A DNA stretch of 64,000 bases. Source: the human T2T-CHM13v2.0 reference genome, Homo sapiens. Every line of letters starts with the position of its first letter. Positions within the stretch are counted from its first letter, which is position 1. The notes under the pieces were generated by a model. That model saw only the letters and a list, made by a program, of their open reading frames with translations, did no database searches and had not been told where the DNA came from. Made by a program: the position numbers and the translations under genes. The DNA lies in the NCBI RefSeq assembly GCF_009914755.1, contig NC_060936.1; one strand, written 5' to 3'. Shown here in pieces: positions 45,780-58,493 of this stretch.

Positions 45780-48700
45780 CCATCACAGATGCTCCAGGTA
45801 ACTCTCACAGTGGAGGGTAAGTCTGTCCCCTTCTTAATCAATATGGAGGCTACCCACTGCACATTACCTTCTTTTCAAGGGCCTGTTTCCTTTGCCTCCA
45901 TAACTGTTGTGGGTATTGACGGCCAGGCTTCTAAACCTCTTAAAACTCCCCAACTCTAGTACCAACTTAGACAATACTCTTTTAAGCACTCCTTTTTAGT
46001 TATCCCCACTTGCCCAGTTCCCTTATGAGGCCGAGACACTTCAACTAAATTATCTGCTTCCCTGACTATTCCTGGACTACAGCTACATCTCATTGCTGCC
46101 CTTCTTCCCAATCCAAAGCCTCCTTTGCATCTTCTTGTATCCCCCAACCTTAACCCACAAGTATAAGATACCTCTATTCCCTCCTTGGTGACCAATCATG
46201 CACCCCTTACCATCTCATTAAAACCTAATCACTCTTACCCGGCTCAATGCCAAGATCCCATCCCACAGCATGCTTTAAAAGGATTAAAACCTGTTATCAC
46301 TCGCCTGCTAGAGCATGGCCTTTTAAAGCCTATAAACTCTCCTTACAATTCCCCCATTTTACCTGTCCTAGAACCAGACAAGCCTTACAGGTTCAGGATC
46401 TGTGTCTTATCAATGAAATTGTTTTCCCTATCCACCCTGTGGTGCTGAACCCATATACTCTCCTATCCTCAATACCTCCCTCTACAACCCATTATTCTGT
46501 TCTAGATCTCAAACATGCTTTCTTTACTATCCCTTTACACCCTTCAACCCAGCCTCTCTTCGTTTTCACCTGGACTGACCCTGACACCCATCAGTCCCAG
46601 CAGCTTACCTGGGCTGTAATGCTGCAAGGTTTCAGGGGCAGCCCTTATTATTTCAGCCAAGCTCTTTCTCATGATTTACTTTCTTTCCACCCCTCCACTT
46701 CTCACCTTATTCAATATATTGGTGATGTTCTTCTTTGTAGCCCCTCCTTTGAATCTTCTCAACAAGACACACTTCTGCTCCTTCAGCATTTATTCTCCAA
46801 AGGATATCCCCCTCCAAAGCTCAAATTTCTTCTCCATCCGTTACCTACCTTGGCATAATTCTTCATAAAAACACACGTGCCCTCCCTGCTGATAGTGTCT
46901 GACTGATCTCTCAAACCCCAACCCCTTCTACAAAACAACAACTCTTTTCCATCCTAGGCATGGTTGGATACTTTCGTGTTAGGATACCTGGTTTTGCCAT
47001 CCTAACAAAACCATTATATAAACTCACAAAAGGAAACCTAGTTGACCCCATAGATCCTAAATCGTTTCCCCACTCCTCTTTCCATTCCTTGAAGACAGCT
47101 TTAGAGACTGTCTCCACTCTAGCTCTCCCTGACTCATCCCAACACTTTTCATTACACACAGCTGAAGTGCAGGGCTGTGCAGTCAGAATTCTTACACAAG
47201 GACCGGGATCGCATCCTGTAGCCTTTTTGTCCAAACAACTTGACCTTACTGTTTTAGGCTGGCCATCATGTCTCCATGCAGCGTCTGCTGCCACCCTAAT
47301 ACTTTTAGAGGCCCTCAAAATCACAAACTATGCTCAACTTATTCTCTACAGCTCTCATAATTTCCAAAATCTATTTTCTTCCTCACACCTGACACATATA
47401 CTTTCTGCTCCCCGGCTCCTTCAGATATACTCACTCCATTTATTCTCCCACAATTACCATTATTCCTGGCCTGGACTTCAATCCGGCCTCCCACATTATT
47501 CTGGATACCATACCTGACCCTCATGACTGCATCTCTCTGATCCACCTGACGTTCACCCCATTTCCCCACATTTCCTTCTGCCCTGTTTCTCACCCTGATC
47601 ACACTTGGTTTATTGATGGCAGTTCCACCAGGCCTAATCGCCACTCACCAGCAAAGGCAGGATATGCTATGAACTAGTTGCCTTAATTCAAGCCCTCACT
47701 CTTGCAAAAGGACTACGTGTCAATATCTATACTGATTCTAAATATGCCTTTCATATTCTGCACCACCATGCGGTCATATGGGCTGAAAGAGGTTTCCTCA
47801 CTACACAAGTGTCCTCCATCATTAATGCCTCTTTAAGAAAACTCTGCTCAAGGCTGCTTTACTTCCAAAGGAAGCTGGGGTCATTCACTGCAAGGGGCAT
47901 CAAAAGACTTCAGATCCCATTGCTCTAGGCAATGCTTATGCTGATAAGGTGGCTAGACAAGCAGCTAGCTCTCCAACTTTTGTCCCTCATGGCCAGTTTT
48001 TCTCCTTCACATCCGTCACTCCCACCTACTCCACAGCTGAAACTTCCACCTATCAAGCTCTTCCCCCGCAAGGTAAATGGTTCTTAGACCAAGGAAAATA
48101 TCTCCTTCCAGCCTCACAGGCCCATTCTATTCTGTCGTCATTTCATAACCTTTTCCATGTAGGTTACAAGCCACTAGCCTGTCTCTTAGGACCTCTCATT
48201 TCCTTTCCATCATGGAAATCTATCCTCAAGGAGATCACTTCTCAGTGTTCCATCTGCTATTCTGCTACCCCTCAGGGATTGTTCAGGCCTCCTCCCTTTC
48301 CTACACATAAAGCTCGGGGATTTGCCCCTGCCCAGGACTGGCAAATTGACTTTACTCACATGCCTCGGGTCAGAAAACTAAAATATCTCTTAGTCTGGGT
48401 AGACACTTTCACTGGGTGGGTAGAGGCCTTTCCCATAGAGTCTGAGAAGGCCACCGCAGTCATTTCTTCCCTTCTGTCAGACATAATTCCTTGGTTTGGC
48501 CTTCCCTTCTCTATACAGTCTGATAACGGACCAGCCTTTACTAGTTAAATCACCCAAGCAGTTTCTCAGGCTCTTGGTATTCAGTGGAACCTTCATATCC
48601 CTTAACATCCTCAATCTTCAGGAAAGGTAAAACCGACTAATGGTCTTTTAAAGACACACCTCACCAAGCTCAGCCTCCAACTTAAAAAGGATTGGACAGT

Positions 48701-49181
48701 ACTTTTACCTCTCGCCCTTCTCAGAATTAGAACCTGTCCTCGAGATGCTACAGGGTACAGTCCATTTGAACTTTTATATGGACGCACTTTCTTGCTTGGT
48801 CCCAACCTCATCCCAGACACCAGCCCTCTAGGCGACTATCTTCCAGTCCTCCAACAGGCTAGGCAGGAAAGTCACCAGGCTGCTAATCTTCTCTTGCCTA
48901 CTCCAGATCCCCAGCCATATGAAGACACTCTAGCTGGACGATCAGTTCTTGTTAAGAATCTGACCCCTCAAACTCTACAACCTCGATGGACTGGACCCTA
49001 CTTAGTCATCTATAGTACCCTGACTGCCGTCCGCCTGCAGGATCCTCCCCACTGGGTTCACCATTCCAGAATAAAGCTGTGTCCATTGGACAGCCAGCCT
49101 AATCCCTCCTCTTCCTCCTGGAAGTCGCAATTACTCTCCCCTACTTCCCTTAAACTCACTCGTATTTCTGAAGAACAGTAA
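45780..49181 (+). pseudogene. pol: HERV-H pro-pol remnant (PR, RT, RNase H, IN)
   Basis: FLINMEATH (PR), YSVLDLKHAFF, LQGFRGSP, QYIGD (RT), PVAFLSKQLD, WFIDGS, NIYTDSKY (RNase H), WQIDFTH and IQSDNGPAF (IN); fragmented by stops and indels. Confidence 0.92.
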
Positions 49182-49476
49182 TAACCCTTATGAGCCTAAT
49201 ACATCCCTTCATTCTATTAGGTCTGTTTGTCCTTACCCTACTTTTTGCAACAGGGCTTTATGAACTCACCCCCACCACTTAGGCTGAGCCCAAAAAATCT
49301 TGTCATCCCTACTATTTTCTGTCCAGTCATACTCCTATTCTCTGCTCTCAACTACTTATAAATGCCGTACTCTTGTTTACACTGCTGGTTTACACTGTTT
49401 CTTCAAGCCATCACAGCTGATATCTCTTGGTGCTATCCCCAAACCGCCACTCTTAATTCCCTCTTAGAGTGGGTAG

Positions 49477-51231
49477 ATGATCTTTGCTGGCAGGGCACCC
49501 TCCAATACTTCCACCCTGATGAAGTTCTATTCTTTACTTTTATACTCTCTCTTATTCTCATTCCCATTCTTATGCCACCTTTTGCCTCTCCCCAGCTATC
49601 TCCACCACACTATCAACCTTACCCATTCTCTCCTAGCTGCTTCTAATCCCTCCTTAGTGAACAACTGCTGGCTTTGCATTTCCCTTTCTTCCAGTGCCTA
49701 CATAGCTGTCCCTGCCTTACAGACAGACTGGGCTACATCTCCTGTCTCCTTACACCTCTGAACTTCCTTTAACAGCCCTCGCCTTTACCCTCCTAAGGAA
49801 CTCATTTACTTTCTAGACAGGTCCAGCAAGACTTTCCCAGACATTTCACATCAGCAAGCTGCCGCCCTCCTCCGCACTTATTTAAAAAACCTTTCTCCTT
49901 ATATTAACTCTACTCCCCCCATATTTGGACCTCTCACAACACAAACTATTATTCCTGTTGCTGCTCCTTTATGTATCTCTTGGCAAAGACCCACTGGAAT
50001 TCCCCTAGGTAATATTTCACCTTCTTGATGTTCCTTTACTCTTTATCTCCAAAGCCCAACTACACACATCACTGAAACAATTGGAGCCTTCCAGCTCCAT
50101 ATTACAGACAAGCCCTCTGTCAATACTGACAAACTCAAAAACATTAGCAGTAATTGTTGCTTAGGAAGACACTTACCCTGTATTTCACTCCATCCTTGGC
50201 TACCTTCCCCTTGCTCATCAGACTCTCCTCCCAGGCCCTCTTCTTGTTTACTTATACCCAGCCCCCAAAATAACAGTGAAAGGTTGCTCATAGATAATCA
50301 ACGTTTTCTCGTACATCATGAAAATTGAACATCCTCCTCTATGCAGTTACCCCATCAGTCCCCATTACAACCTCTGACAGCTGCCGCCCTAGCTGGATCC
50401 CTAGGAGTCTGGGTACAAGACACCCCTTTCAGCACTCCTTTTCACTTTTTTACTTTACATCTCCAGTTTTGCCTCACACAAGGTCTCTTCTTCCTCTGTG
50501 GATCCTCTACCTACATGTGTCTACCTGCTAATTGGACAGGCACATGCACACTAGTTTTCCTTACCCCCAAAATTCAATTTGCCAGTGGGACTGAAGAGCT
50601 CCCTGTTCCCCTCATGACACCGACATGACAAAAAAGGGTTATTCCACTAATTCCCTTGATGGTTGGTTTAGGACTTTCTGCCTCCACTGTTGCTCTCGGT
50701 ACTGGAATAGCAGTCATTTCAACCTCTGTCACGACCTTCCGTAGCCTGTCTAATGACTTCTCTGCTAGCATCACAGATGTGCCACAAACTTTATCAGTCC
50801 TCCAGGCTAAAGTTGACTCTTTAGCTGCAGTTGTCCTCCAAAACCGCTGAGGCCTTGACTTACTCACTGCTGAAAAAGGAGGACTGTGTATATTCTTAAA
50901 TGAAGACTGTTGTTTTTACCTAAAACAACCTGGCCTGGTGTATGACAACATAAAAAAACTCAAGGAAAGAGACCAAAAACTTGCCAACCAAGCAAGTAAT
51001 TACGCTGAATCCCCTTGGGCACTCTCTAATTGCATGTCCTGGGTCCTCCCAATTCTTAGTCCTTTAATACCCATTTTTCTCCTTCTTTTATTCGGACCTT
51101 GTATCTTCCATTTAGTTTCTCAATTCATCCAAAACTGTATCCAGGCCATCACCAATCATTTTATACGACAAATGTTTCTTCTAACAACCCCACAATATCA
51201 CCCCTTACCACAAGATCTCCCTTCAGCTTAA
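49477..51231 (+). pseudogene. env: HERV-H env, single 584-codon frame with five in-frame TGA stops
   Basis: MIFAGRAPSNTSTLMKFYSLL..., CWLC motif, *QKR cleavage site, ISD LQNR*GLDLLTAEKGGLC, CX6CC, TM anchor, ...QDLPSA*. Confidence 0.95.
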
Positions 51232-51390
51232 TCTCTCCCACTCTAGGTTCCCATGCCACCCCTAATACCGCTTGAAGCAGCCCTGAGAAACATCACCCAT
51301 TCTCTCTCTCCATACCACCCCCCAAAAATTTTCACTGCCCCAACACTTCAACACTATTTTATTTTTCTTATTAATATAAGAAGGCAGGAA

Positions 51391-51892
51391 TGTCAGGCCT
51401 TTGAGCCCAAATCAAGCCATCGCATCCCCTGTGACTTGCATGTATACGCCCAGATGGCCTGAAGTAACTGAAGAATCACAAAAGAAGTGAATATGCCCTG
51501 CCCTGCCTTAAATGATGACATTCCACAACAAAAGAAGTGTAAATGGCCGGTCCTTGCCTTAACTGATGATATTCCATCACAAAAGAAGTGAAAATGGCCC
51601 GTCCTTGCCTTAAGTGATGACATCACCTTGTGAAAGTCCTTTTCCTGGCTCATCCTGGCTCAAAAACTCCCCCACTGAGCACCTTGTGACCCCCACTCTG
51701 CCCACCAGAGAACAACTCCACTTTGACTGTAATTTTCCTTTACCTACTCAAATCTTATAAAATGGCCCCACCCCTATCTCCCTTTGCTGACTCTCTTTTT
51801 GGACTCTGCCGGCCTGCACCCAGGTGAAATAAACAGGCATGTTGCTCACACAAAGCCTGTTTGGTGGTCTCTTCACACAGACGTCTATGAAA
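51391..51892 (+). promoter_or_regulatory. HERV-H 3' LTR (LTR7 family), preceded by polypurine tract AAGAAGGCAGGAA (51378-51390)
   Basis: Direct repeat of the 5' LTR; AATAAA at ~51828. Confidence 0.95.
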
Positions 51893-52240
51893 CTTTCTTT
51901 GTCTATCTCTTTGTCCATCTGTCTATCTCTCTCTTTGTCTGTCTCTCTCCCTCTGTCTGTTTCTCTCTCTCTCTCTCTCTTCCTGTCTCTGTTTCTCTCA
52001 GTCTGTGTCTCACTGTCTTCTGTCATTCTCTCTCTCTTTATCCGTGTGTCTCTCTCTCTGTCTCTCTTTCTGTCTCTGTCTCTCTCTGTCAGTCTCTTTG
52101 TCTGTCCATCTGTCTCTCTGTCTCTTTATTTTTCTGTGTCTCTCTCTTTTTCTTTCTTTTTTGTGTCTTTGTCTCTCTCTGCCTGTCTCTCTCTGTATCT
52201 TTCTCTCTCTGTCTTATTCTCTCCCTCCCTGTCCTTTTTC
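51893..52240. repeat. (CT)n/(CTGT)n pyrimidine-rich tract, continuing 43092-43177 across the provirus
   Basis: Low-complexity TC/TG sequence on both sides of the TSD. Confidence 0.95.
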
Positions 52241-55200
52241 TAAAATAGACTCAGGTAGATCTAATTTAACCTAATCTATTACCAAGGCTGAATTCTTAAC
52301 TTTAGAAACCCCAGATTTGATTTCCATGCAGAATCCTGTACAGAACTGGTGTGTTATTTCTGGGCTCAGATACCTCATAGATATTGCATATTAATAAAGA
52401 TCCAACCCTAAAATCTGGATTTGCTTCTCCATTGCCTCAGCTGTGACCTACACTTACTGTCTCGATAAATCGTACGTCTGTTGACCTATGATGCTAGGAG
52501 GGTTCTCTCTATCTGTAACTCCCCGTGTCCTAAATGACTCGTGACTGAGCCCTGTCCATTCTGTCTTAAATATGGATCTCCAAACACTTCTCTCCATTTC
52601 CAAAACTACCCACAGCCCCTTGAGGAACCACTGGCTCTTTGAAAAACCTCCTAGTAGTGGTTTCAGCTGTTCAGCTAGGAGGCTGAAGCCTGCTGAGAAC
52701 TTTCCATCCCAGGATTCTGTGAGAACAAAAGTGCCTCTGCTGGGAACTGTGATCCTGGAGACAGTACTTGCTAGCTTCTTCTGAAGAACGCAAGGGACTC
52801 TACAAAGCTGACCACTCCCAACAAGGTCAAATGCATACCTCTGCATTGGCCTGCGGCCTCCACCGTACATCATTGTCACTGTCACCATCAGCATCCTTGT
52901 GAGCCTGCCCAAGGCACCCACTCCAGGGACACCCTTGGGAGGGTGGCCTTCCTCTGCTTAAGTCCAGCGCTATGACAACCTCCACCCCCATGGTCTCCAC
53001 TGCACTGTGAAGATGTGGAGAGTAGGGCACATAGGAGAGCAGGAGCGGAGGACGTCCTGAAAGGTGATGATTTCCCTAGACTCTGAGCAACCCAACCACG
53101 TCCCCTGTCACCAGCACCCGCCGGACACCACCACTCTCTCCCCTCCTCTGTCCACAGTGCCCCCCACCAGCACACACGCTGGAGGTTACAAAACCACACT
53201 GTGTGAGTAGAGCCTGATGCTCTCTTTCTGCGAGCGTATGGAGCACATAGACTGGAGGTTTCTTTGATCTTGGCATCATCGTTCATCTGCGGCTGCATGC
53301 CAGGAAACAGATTATCGCATTTTCATTGAATGGAGCAGTGAGCCCATTTCACGACAGGTTCTGTAGAGAGCCTGATTCTCCTGCATGGGTGACATGGCTA
53401 GAAGTGAATATCGCTTCTTGAGCGGAGGGGATTCCTTAGGCCATCACGTTTGTGGGACTACTTCTTAAACCTTCCCTTAAGACCACAAAATAGTTTCCAC
53501 CCCATCCCCCCAACATTTCCCCGGGTGCTGGATGTATCCTATCAAGAGATCCGAGCATGACACTTTGAGTTAAACACCTTCGTTGGCTTTGTTTGTTTGT
53601 TTGTTTCTGAGACGGAGTCTCACTCTGTCCCCCAGGTTGGAGTTATAGTGGCTCCGCCTTTCAGGTTCAAGCGAATCTCCTGCCTCAGCCTCCTGAGTAG
53701 GTAGGATTACAGGCATGTACCACCACACCTGGCTAATTTTTGTATTTTTAGTAGAGATGGGGTTTCACCATGTTGGCCAGGATGGTCTCACAATCCTGAC
53801 CTCGTGATCTGCCTGCCTCATCCTCACAAAGTACTGGGATGACAGGCATGAGCCACCACGCCCGGCCACCTTCATTAGTTTTAACTGGAGATTCTAGATT
53901 CAAGGCACACCTCATTCTATGCCACAGAATGACTTCTTCATCCTGCCCACTCAGGAAAGACCAGCCCCTTGTTATCCATTTCAAACCAATAGTCACCTCA
54001 TGTTTGGAAAACGGATCCACTGTCAAGTTCAGTGGAGGAATGTGGCATGAAGGACGAGGGACTGTTCCTTCTAACTTGGTCTGAAGAGTGGGGCCTAGGG
54101 CTAGAACTCACTGAGGACTGATGGCCCCCTCTATGCTGGATTCCATCAACTCCACCCAGGAACACGGGCCTTGGCAGATCCTGGCCCTTCCTGGCCCTTG
54201 AGACATTATCAGAATCCCCATCCTTTGCTAGGATGCCCCGAATGACTGTGGCTTGCACCTCTACAGAAACATTTGAAATCTATCCTCTACACGTGGCCAC
54301 CTAAAACCACAGGAGTACAGGACACTTGGCCACCATCCATCTCCCCACTTTCAGGAGAGAATGCTGAAAGTCTCTCCCTTGACTTGAGTTCTTCATGGGC
54401 ACGTGGTCATGATGTAATGAGACCAGATGTATTAAGTCAGGCTGGGTGCAGTGGCTCACACCTGCAACTGCAACACTTAGGGAGGCTGAGGCTGTAGGAA
54501 TGCTTGAGCCCAGGAGCTCGAGTCAAGTCTTGGACAACACAGCCAAAACCCGAGGTATATACCTGTGGTCCCAGCTACTCAGGAGGCCGAAGTGGGAGAA
54601 TCACCTAACCATGGGGAGGTTGATGCTGCAGTCAGCCATAATGGTGTCAATGCACCATAGCCTGGTGACAGACAGGGTGAGACCCTGTCACAAACAGATG
54701 GTCAGACAGACAGACAGACAGACAGACAACAGCTATATTATGTTCTTCTCAGGGTAGGAGGCGAAAATAACAGAAAACAGCATTTAAGATATTTATTTTA
54801 AATTTTAATTTATTTATTAATTTTGAGTCCAGGCCATGAAACCAGCTAATTTTTGTATTTTTGTAGAGAGGAGTTTTCACCATGTTGCCAAGGTTATTCT
54901 GGATTGCCTGGGATCAAGGTATCCACGTGCCCTCAGGCCTCCAAAGTGTGGGGATGACAGACATGAGCCACTGCCCCTGACAGCATTGTTTTATTTTGTT
55001 TGTTTTTTGTTTTTCCTTTTGCAATAGCTTGTCTTTATGAGAGTTTCACTGCAGGTGTTTGGCTGGCTTGTTTAAATTCAATCTAAATAGAAATTGAGGA
55101 TGTCAGCTTCTGGCCTTATGGACTCTGAGCTGCCGAGTCCCCTGGTCTATCACAGAACCATACACGTAATGAGTAAAAAAAAAGTAACATTTACAATAAG

Positions 55201-55735
55201 TAATTTTGTTATACAGAAATACACAGATGCACCCAAAACACAGAAAGGATTCTTTTAAAAATTGTCTTACTTCTAGTGGGTGTGCCAGTGACTCTTTTAA
55301 GCTTGGACATTGACTGAGAGAATTTCCAGTCGGTCTCTCATCTCTGAATGGAAGTTCCAGATGATCTGATGGGTGGGGACTTAGGCTATGTTTTTCAGGG
55401 AGCCTGGTCGATTCGTTGTGGGGACCACCTGGGAGAGTACGGCTATTCACTGTGCTGTGGGGGCCTCCATCCTTCTCCTCCTCCCTCACTCTGGGTGATC
55501 TCAATTCACTCCAGGTTGACACTCTCATTGGCAGACATTGGGCATCACCTAGCGGACACTGCTACTCTGAAAATTGAGGCCTCAAGGAGCAAGGCAGCTC
55601 AGGCCACCTGCACACAGCCCAGAGCAACTGTGTCTTCTCCACTGCCACTGCCACAACCTCCAAGTTCCTCCCTCCCTTGTTGCCTAGAAAATTGCCACAC
55701 TGATGACTGGGTCTGATTGTTCTTTGCTCATATAT
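52241..55735 (+). other. Diverged paralog of the 45S rDNA intergenic spacer (right part) with embedded Alus (~53590-53867 minus, ~54439-54690 plus, ~54800-54980 minus partial)
   Basis: Motifs recalled from human IGS: GGAACCACTGGCTCTTTGAAAA, CAGCATCCTTGTGAGCCTGCCCAAGG, CCCCGGGTGCTGGATGTATCCT, ATTATGTTCTTCTCAGGGTAGGA, GGAAGTTCCAGATGATC, GGGCATCACCTAGCGG. Confidence 0.75.
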
Positions 55736-55745
55736 AAAAAATATA

Positions 55746-56037
55746 GGCCAGGGGCGGTGGTCCAGGCCTGTGATCCCAGCACTTTGGGAGGCTAATGTGA
55801 GTGGAACATGAGGTCAGGTGTTTGAGACCAGCCTGGCCAGTATGGAGAAACCCAGTTTCTACTAAAAATACAATAAATTACATGGGCATGGTGGCATGCA
55901 CCTGTAATCCCAGCTACTTAGGAAGCTGAGGTAGGAGAATTGCTTGAATCTGGGCAGCGGAGGTTGCAGTGAGCCAAGATCACACCACTGCACTACAGCC
56001 TATGTGACACAGAGAGACTCCATTTCAGAAAAAAAAA
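55746..56037 (+). mobile_element. AluS
   Basis: Dimeric Alu with A tail. Confidence 0.88.
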
Positions 56038-56723
56038 TCACAACTCACCAGGAAGGGAACAAAACTGGATGGAGAAGGAGTTTGATGAATTGACAGAAGT
56101 AGGCTTCAGAAGGTGGGTAATAACAAACTCCTTTGAGCTAAAAAAGCATATTCTAACCCAATGCAAGGAATCTAAGAACGATGAAAAAAGATTAGACAAA
56201 TTGATAACTAGAATAACCAGTTTAGATAAGAACATAAATGACCTGATGGAGCTGGAAAATCAAAGCACAAGAATTTTGTGAAGCATACACAAGTATCAAT
56301 AGCTGAATAAATCAAGTGGAAAAAAATCAGAGATTGAAAATCAACTTAATGAATAAAGCAAGAAGATAAGATTATAGCAAGAAGACTTAAAAGGAAAGAA
56401 CAAAGCCACCAGGAAATATGGGACTATGTGAAAACACAAAATCTACATTTGATTGGTCACCTAAAAGTGACAGGGAGAATGGAACCAAGCTGGAAAACAC
56501 TGTTCAATATATTACCCAGGAGAACTTCCCCAACCTAGGAAGACAGGCCAACCTTCAAATTCAGGAAATACAGAGAACACCACAGAGATACTCCTCGAGA
56601 AGAGCAATCCTGAGAAATATACATAATCGTCAGAGTCACCAAGGTTAAAATTAAGAAAAAAAATGTTAAAGACAGCCAGAGAGAAAAGTCGGGTCACCCA
56701 CAAAGGGAAACCCATCAGACTAA
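56038..56723 (+). mobile_element. L1PA (approximately L1PA7/8-type) ORF1 internal fragment
   Basis: EFDELTEVGFRRWVITN...ENGTKLENT..QENFPNLGRQANLQIQEIQRTPQRYSSRRA...KGKPIRL; frameshifted and truncated at both ends. Confidence 0.9.
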
Positions 56724-57777
56724 TATGTGGGTATTTGGTTTTTCACTACAGGCCTTGATGGGTTCCGAAATGTCCCTTCATAGATTCTACAAAAAGAGTG
56801 TTTCCAAGCCACTGAATCAAAAGAAAGGTTTAACTCTGTGAGATGAATCCACACATAACAAAAACAAAGTGGTTTCACAGATCCTTTGTTTATATTTTTT
56901 ATCATGGGAAATTCTGTTTTTCTCTATAGGCCTTAATGGGCTCTGAAATGTCCCTTTGTAGATTCTACAAAAATAATTTTTCCAACCTACTGAATCAAAG
57001 GAAAGGTTTACTTCTGTGACATGAATCCACACATCATTAGGTGGTCTCACAGATACCTTGTTTCTTGTTTTTATTGCGGGATACTGGGTTTTTCCCTATC
57101 AGCCTCAATGGGCTCCATAATGTCCCTTCGTGGATTCTACATAAATAGTGTTTCCAACCTGCTGAATCAAAAGAAAGGTTTACCTCTGTGAGATGAATGA
57201 ACACACCACAAAGTGATTTCACAGATAGCTTGTTTCTAGTTACTGTCATGGAATATTCGGTTTTTCACTACAGGCCTCAATGGGTTCCAAAACGTCCGTT
57301 CGTAGATTTTAAAAAATCGGGTTTCTAAACTGCTGAATCAAAAAAAAAGTTCAACTCTGTGAAATGAATCCACATATCCCAAAGCGGCTTCATAGATAGT
57401 TTGTTACTGTTTTTTTTTTTTTTTTTTTAATCTCCAGATATTCGGTTTTTCACAATAAGCCTTAATGGGCTCTGGAATGTCCCTTTGTATATTCTACAAA
57501 AAGAGTGTTTCTAACCTGCTAAATCAGAAGAAAGGTTTATCTCTGTGGATTCAATGTGTGAATCTACACATTGCAATGAGGTTTCACAGGTAGATTGTTT
57601 CTCATTATTATCGTGGGATATTCATTTTTTTTTCCAATAGACTTCATGGGCTCTGAAATGTCCCTTCTTAGGCTCTACTAAAAGAGGTTTCCAACCTGCT
57701 GAATCAAAAGAAAGGTCCACCTCTGTGAGATGAATCCACACATCGCATAAAGGTTTCACAGACAGTTTGCTTCTAGA

Positions 57778-58075
<298 letters not shown>

Positions 58076-58493
58076 TTGTTTCTAGTTTTTATTGTGGGAT
58101 ATTCAGTTTTTCAAAATAGGCCTCAATGGGCTTTGATATGTCCCTTCAGAAATTCTACTTAAAGAGTGTTTTCAACCTGCCAAATCAAAAAAGAGCTTTA
58201 ACTCTGTGAAATAAATCCAAATATGACATAGTGGTTTCACAGATAGCTTGTTCTAGTTTGTATAGTGGGATATTCGGTTTTTCACTATAGGCCTCAATTG
58301 GCTCCGAAATGTCCCTTCACAGATTCTACAAAAAGAGTGTTTTGAACTGGCTGAATCAAAAAAAGGCTTAACTCTGTGAGATGAATCCACACATCACAAA
58401 GCGGTTTCACAGATAGCTGCTTACTAGTCCTTATTGCGGGATATTCAATTTTTCACTAAAGACTTCAATGGGCCCCAAAATGTCCCTTAGTGC

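Larger units (their letters stand above)
43178..51892 (+). mobile_element. Near full-length HERV-H provirus (8715 bp) retaining env
   Basis: Two LTR7s, perfect 5-bp TSD CTTTC (43173-43177, 51893-51897), His PBS, gag-pro-pol-env remnants, PPT. Confidence 0.97.

Noticed and set aside
51748-52274. Leu/Ser/Cys-rich and Arg/Glu-rich ORFs
   Set aside because: Translations of the LTR end and the CT microsatellite
52454-53298. 155-aa and 136-aa minus-strand ORFs
   Set aside because: No recognisable domain; they lie in GC-richer IGS-like sequence where chance ORFs are expected
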